NCBI GenBank assembly: GCA_964475655.1
Contig: CAYYXE010000002.1
Location: 1 to 63,778, forward strand
Length of the DNA: 63,778 nt
Direction of reading: 5' to 3'
DNA from: an uncultured Candidatus Saccharibacteria bacterium
GTDB taxonomy: Bacteria > Patescibacteriota > Minisyncoccia > Phycocordibacterales > UBA9973
A model generated the notes under the pieces. It searched no databases and had not been told where the DNA came from. It worked only from the letters and a program-made list of their open reading frames with translations. This document shows positions 61,164 through 63,778 of the stretch, one piece after another. The position numbers and the translations under genes are program-made. Position 1 is the stretch's first letter; each line of letters opens with the position of its first letter.

Positions 61164-62237
61164 TTGTACGTGCAATCACTCTTTGCGAGATTATTTCCGA
61201 TACCATTGTTTTTTACGCTTCCCAGTGTGGGATTGGACTTTTCGGATACGACGCTTCGCTTTATGAAGCTTACACAATCCATACATGGACTAGTGCCAGA
61301 TGCATACGCACAGCTCACGTTGCCCGAAGGTGCGCTTGAGCGAGGGCGCATTGTAGATGAAGCAAAACTCACCGCCTTTCTCAACGAAGTGCGCATGGCG
61401 CACAACCTCACCAATGTCCGCATTGCAATCCCCGAGTCGCAAGTCTACTCAGTGACGCTTCCGATCGACACTGCAGTGGGGGACGATATACGAGGGTCGA
61501 TTGAGCTGTTGCTCGAAGACAACGTCCCACTTGCTGTGGGAGAGGCGATCTTTGATTATCAAGTACTCACGAGGGCCGACAAGACGATCGTGGTGCAAGT
61601 AGTTGCGATTGCACAGACGGTCGCAGAGTCGTACCTGCGCGTCTTTACCAATGCCGGGATGACGCCAGTGTCGTTTGAGGTAGATAGTCAAGCTGTCGCA
61701 CGCGCACTCCTTGTGCCGCATGCACCCGGCTCCGCGCTTATCGTCGATATTGGTGGAGAGCGGACGGGCATCAGCATTGTGACCGCAGGGACTGCAGTGT
61801 ATACGACGACGCTAGAATTTGGAGGGCGCACACTTGTCGAGGCTCTTATGCGCGAGCACAACCTCGACACCGCCAAGGCACACGAAGTACTCCACGAAGG
61901 TATCAGCCCTATACACAAAGATACGTTTCCGGTCCTTGTAAGTGCACTCTCTGTGCTTCGAGACGAGATCGATCGACGATATATATATTGGCACGACCGC
62001 AAAGATGAATTTGCACCGCTTCCCGCTATCGACACGGTGTACCTGTGTGGTGGATACAGCACGATCGATGGCCTGGCAGATTACTTGAGCGCAAGTCTCA
62101 AGCTCAAGGTCGTGCAGTCAAACCCGTGGATCAACTGCGTGTCATTTGACCGCACCATACCCCAGATGCCGCAACGCGAGGCGCAGAGTTATGTGACGGC
62201 GATCGGTCTTGCGCTCACTGACCATCTCTATGATTAA
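61164..62237 (+). CDS. pilM: type IV pilus assembly protein PilM (actin-like ATPase fold); non-ATG start uncertain
   Basis: VGLDFSDTTLRFMKL..., ALIVDIGGERTGISIV and YLCGGYSTIDGL, typical PilM motifs. Confidence 0.8.
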   Translation: MYVQSLFARLFPIPLFFTLPSVGLDFSDTTLRFMKLTQSIHGLVPDAYAQLTLPEGALERGRIVDEAKLTAFLNEVRMAHNLTNVRIAIPESQVYSVTLPIDTAVGDDIRGSIELLLEDNVPLAVGEAIFDYQVLTRADKTIVVQVVAIAQTVAESYLRVFTNAGMTPVSFEVDSQAVARALLVPHAPGSALIVDIGGERTGISIVTAGTAVYTTTLEFGGRTLVEALMREHNLDTAKAHEVLHEGISPIHKDTFPVLVSALSVLRDEIDRRYIYWHDRKDEFAPLPAIDTVYLCGGYSTIDGLADYLSASLKLKVVQSNPWINCVSFDRTIPQMPQREAQSYVTAIGLALTDHLYD

Positions 62238-62763
62238 CATCCTTCCTCCATCACAAAAGAAGCTCGTGCGCCGCATCCGTATCATGCGTGTCGTCGCGGC
62301 ATACCTTGCGAGCGTCATTGTGCTTGCTGCAGTTGCGGTGGTGCTCCTGCTTCCGACGTACGTGAGTATCAGATCACGCGAGACGGCGCTTCGCTCGCAC
62401 ACTCGAGCGCTTGAGGCAAACGGCGTAATGGTGTCTGCTACCGATATCACCACACTCGAAGCTCGTACCAAGCGCATTCGCGAGAAGCTCACCGCAAAGG
62501 TGCCTGCCTCTCCACTTGTCTTTGTGCGGATAGTCAGTGACGTCGCAGTCCCGGGAGTGAAGCTTGTCGGCTTTGATATCCCCAATCCCGAAAAGAACAC
62601 TGCTCAAATCCGCGGTACGGCAAGCACTCGCGAAGCACTCCAGCAGTTTATCGGAGTACTCCAAAAGGATACCCGCATCGCGACGGTCGATAGTCCTATC
62701 ACCAACTTTGTCAAAAGCAGTGAAAGCGAGTTTACGCTCACGCTTACCTTTGTCCAGCCATGA
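62230..62763 (+). CDS. pilN: PilN-like type IV pilus inner-membrane component
   Basis: MINILPP (INLLP hallmark), a basic stretch, a single TM, then a periplasmic domain. Overlaps the pilM stop. Confidence 0.65.
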   Translation: MINILPPSQKKLVRRIRIMRVVAAYLASVIVLAAVAVVLLLPTYVSIRSRETALRSHTRALEANGVMVSATDITTLEARTKRIREKLTAKVPASPLVFVRIVSDVAVPGVKLVGFDIPNPEKNTAQIRGTASTREALQQFIGVLQKDTRIATVDSPITNFVKSSESEFTLTLTFVQP

Positions 62764-63293
62764 ATACTATCCATAGATACAGAAGGCATATCGTAGTGCT
62801 CATCACTCTCTCCATACTTGCGGCAGCAAGTGGGGTAGGGGTGTATGCAGGTGTACGCTATCTCAAGCGTGAGACGGTCAATACAGTCAATGCACGAGAG
62901 CGCATTGCCTCATATGAGCGCAACGCAAAGATCTTTGCCGACGAATCCGCAGCGCTCGCCGACCTCCAAAAGAGAGTGACCGCCATGGAGTCATACATCA
63001 TAACGCCGGCGACGACGCCGACGCTTCTCTCATCTATCGAAGCGCTTGCGACAACTCACGCTATAGAGTTTACGATCACCTCTGCTCAGACTCCCGGCAA
63101 ATCCAAAGACAAGCTCATCGTCGACTTCTCAGCGACTGGCAGCATGAAGGCAGTGAGCGCTTTTCTCGACGACCTCGGGCACCAGACATATCAGGTAAAG
63201 ATGAACAAGCTTTCACTCTTTGCAGATCGAACTACTACTAAAGGTGAATGGAACGCACTTGGCAGCATCCAAATTATGAGTTTTGGCCTATGA
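62760..63293 (+). CDS. PilO-like type IV pilus component
   Basis: Single N-terminal TM, coiled coil and an alpha/beta C-domain, in the position after pilN. Confidence 0.45.
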   Translation: MNTIHRYRRHIVVLITLSILAAASGVGVYAGVRYLKRETVNTVNARERIASYERNAKIFADESAALADLQKRVTAMESYIITPATTPTLLSSIEALATTHAIEFTITSAQTPGKSKDKLIVDFSATGSMKAVSAFLDDLGHQTYQVKMNKLSLFADRTTTKGEWNALGSIQIMSFGL

Positions 63294-63538
63294 TCAGATG
63301 TACCCTTTCCAAACAACGCCGCTTCAATCCGCACCATAGCTGGGCGATCTTTTGCTCGGTCTTTGTCATTGCCCTCATCGCACTCCTTGTCCTAAGCAGT
63401 TGGTTCTTTGTGGAGATCACCCGAGAGCTCGATGCACCGCGTCCTCCGGTACTACAGAGCAATGTTGCCAAAATCCAAGAAATGCAGCAGGCGGTCGGGA
63501 TTGTAGAAAGAGCGGTTGAGAAACGAATAGCGAAGTAA
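63290..63538 (+). CDS. small single-TM protein, hypothetical (pilus operon tail)
   Basis: ATGA overlap with the upstream stop codon. One TM (IFCSVFVIALIALLVLSSWFFV). Confidence 0.35.
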   Translation: MIRCTLSKQRRFNPHHSWAIFCSVFVIALIALLVLSSWFFVEITRELDAPRPPVLQSNVAKIQEMQQAVGIVERAVEKRIAK

Positions 63539-63553
63539 TTGATTTTTGGGATG

Positions 63554-63625
63554 TGCCCTCGCTTGGAATCGAACCAAGAATAACGGCTTAGAAGTCCGCA
63601 GTTATATCCATTTAACTACAAGGGC
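63554..63625 (-). tRNA. tRNA-Arg (anticodon UCU)
   Basis: Acceptor GCCCTTG/CGAGGGC (one G-U), D arm GTTA AATGGATA TAAC, anticodon loop CTTCTAA, T arm CTTGG TTCGATT CCAAG. Confidence 0.8.
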
Positions 63626-63688
63626 AATGCTGTAACAATACCATTTTTATTGGTGGTCACAACTATTTCTTCTTTACAGGGAAATGCA

Positions 63689-63778
63689 GCGACCCCGCCT
63701 CGCTGGTCCTATCGGACATAGCTCCGGCTCGCCCAAGTACGAAAAAATCCCAAGCAGATGGGATTTTTTCGTCTTGTG
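63689..63778. repeat. tRNA-flanking conserved structured element, copy B (runs to the window end)
   Basis: Same conserved blocks as 52179..52264. It ends ...TTTTTTCGTCTTGTG exactly as copy A does where the next minus-strand tRNA begins. Confidence 0.8.

Noticed and set aside
1-63778. CRISPR arrays, rRNA genes, RNase P RNA, reverse transcriptases and transposase/IS elements
   Set aside because: I scanned intergenic regions and the ORF track. I found no regularly spaced short repeats, no rRNA-like stretches, no GAGGAAAGUCC-type RNase P motif and no RT (YxDD) or DDE transposase-like ORFs.

Overview
This window looks like housekeeping chromosome from a small-genome bacterium. By inference only, it resembles a Patescibacteria/CPR lineage: almost no metabolic genes, many secreted or membrane orphan proteins, and type IV pilus plus T4SS-pilin-like genes. 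It spans the replication origin region (yidC-yidD-rnpA-rpmH divergent from dnaA-dnaN, with DnaA-box clusters). It also carries DNA repair and recombination genes (comM, uvrD/pcrA, polA, ruvC-ruvB, ruvA, ruvX), translation and RNA-modification genes (rsmA, tyrS, tsaE, trmH, rpsT, rpmH) and cell-envelope genes (PBP1A, M23/LysM peptidase, GT2, mscL, DsbB/thioredoxin pair). Type IV pilus genes are present (pilB; pilM-N-O), and four tRNAs lie on the minus strand. The most unusual content, in order of interest: (1) a ~15.5-kb co-directional operon (8.4-23.9 kb) beside the origin. It encodes a minimal Gram-positive-style type IV secretion-like apparatus (VirB6-like, PrgI-like, two-ORF VirB4, pilin-like/lytic transglycosylase fusion) plus seven unrecognisable secreted proteins, with no relaxase or coupling protein. 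(2) An AT-richer integrated element (about 55.9-59.8 kb) with a rolling-circle Rep, an excisionase-type HTH and a large serine recombinase whose 3' end overlaps tRNA-Ser. (3) Several unexplained nucleic-acid structures. These are a perfect 205-bp in-frame duplication, a 31-bp perfect palindrome between ruvB and ruvC, a 20-bp-stem element with a U-tract, a covarying element next to tRNAs in two copies, a ~60-bp imperfect inverted repeat upstream of dnaA, and a switch-like 5' leader. No rRNA, CRISPR array or reverse transcriptase was seen.
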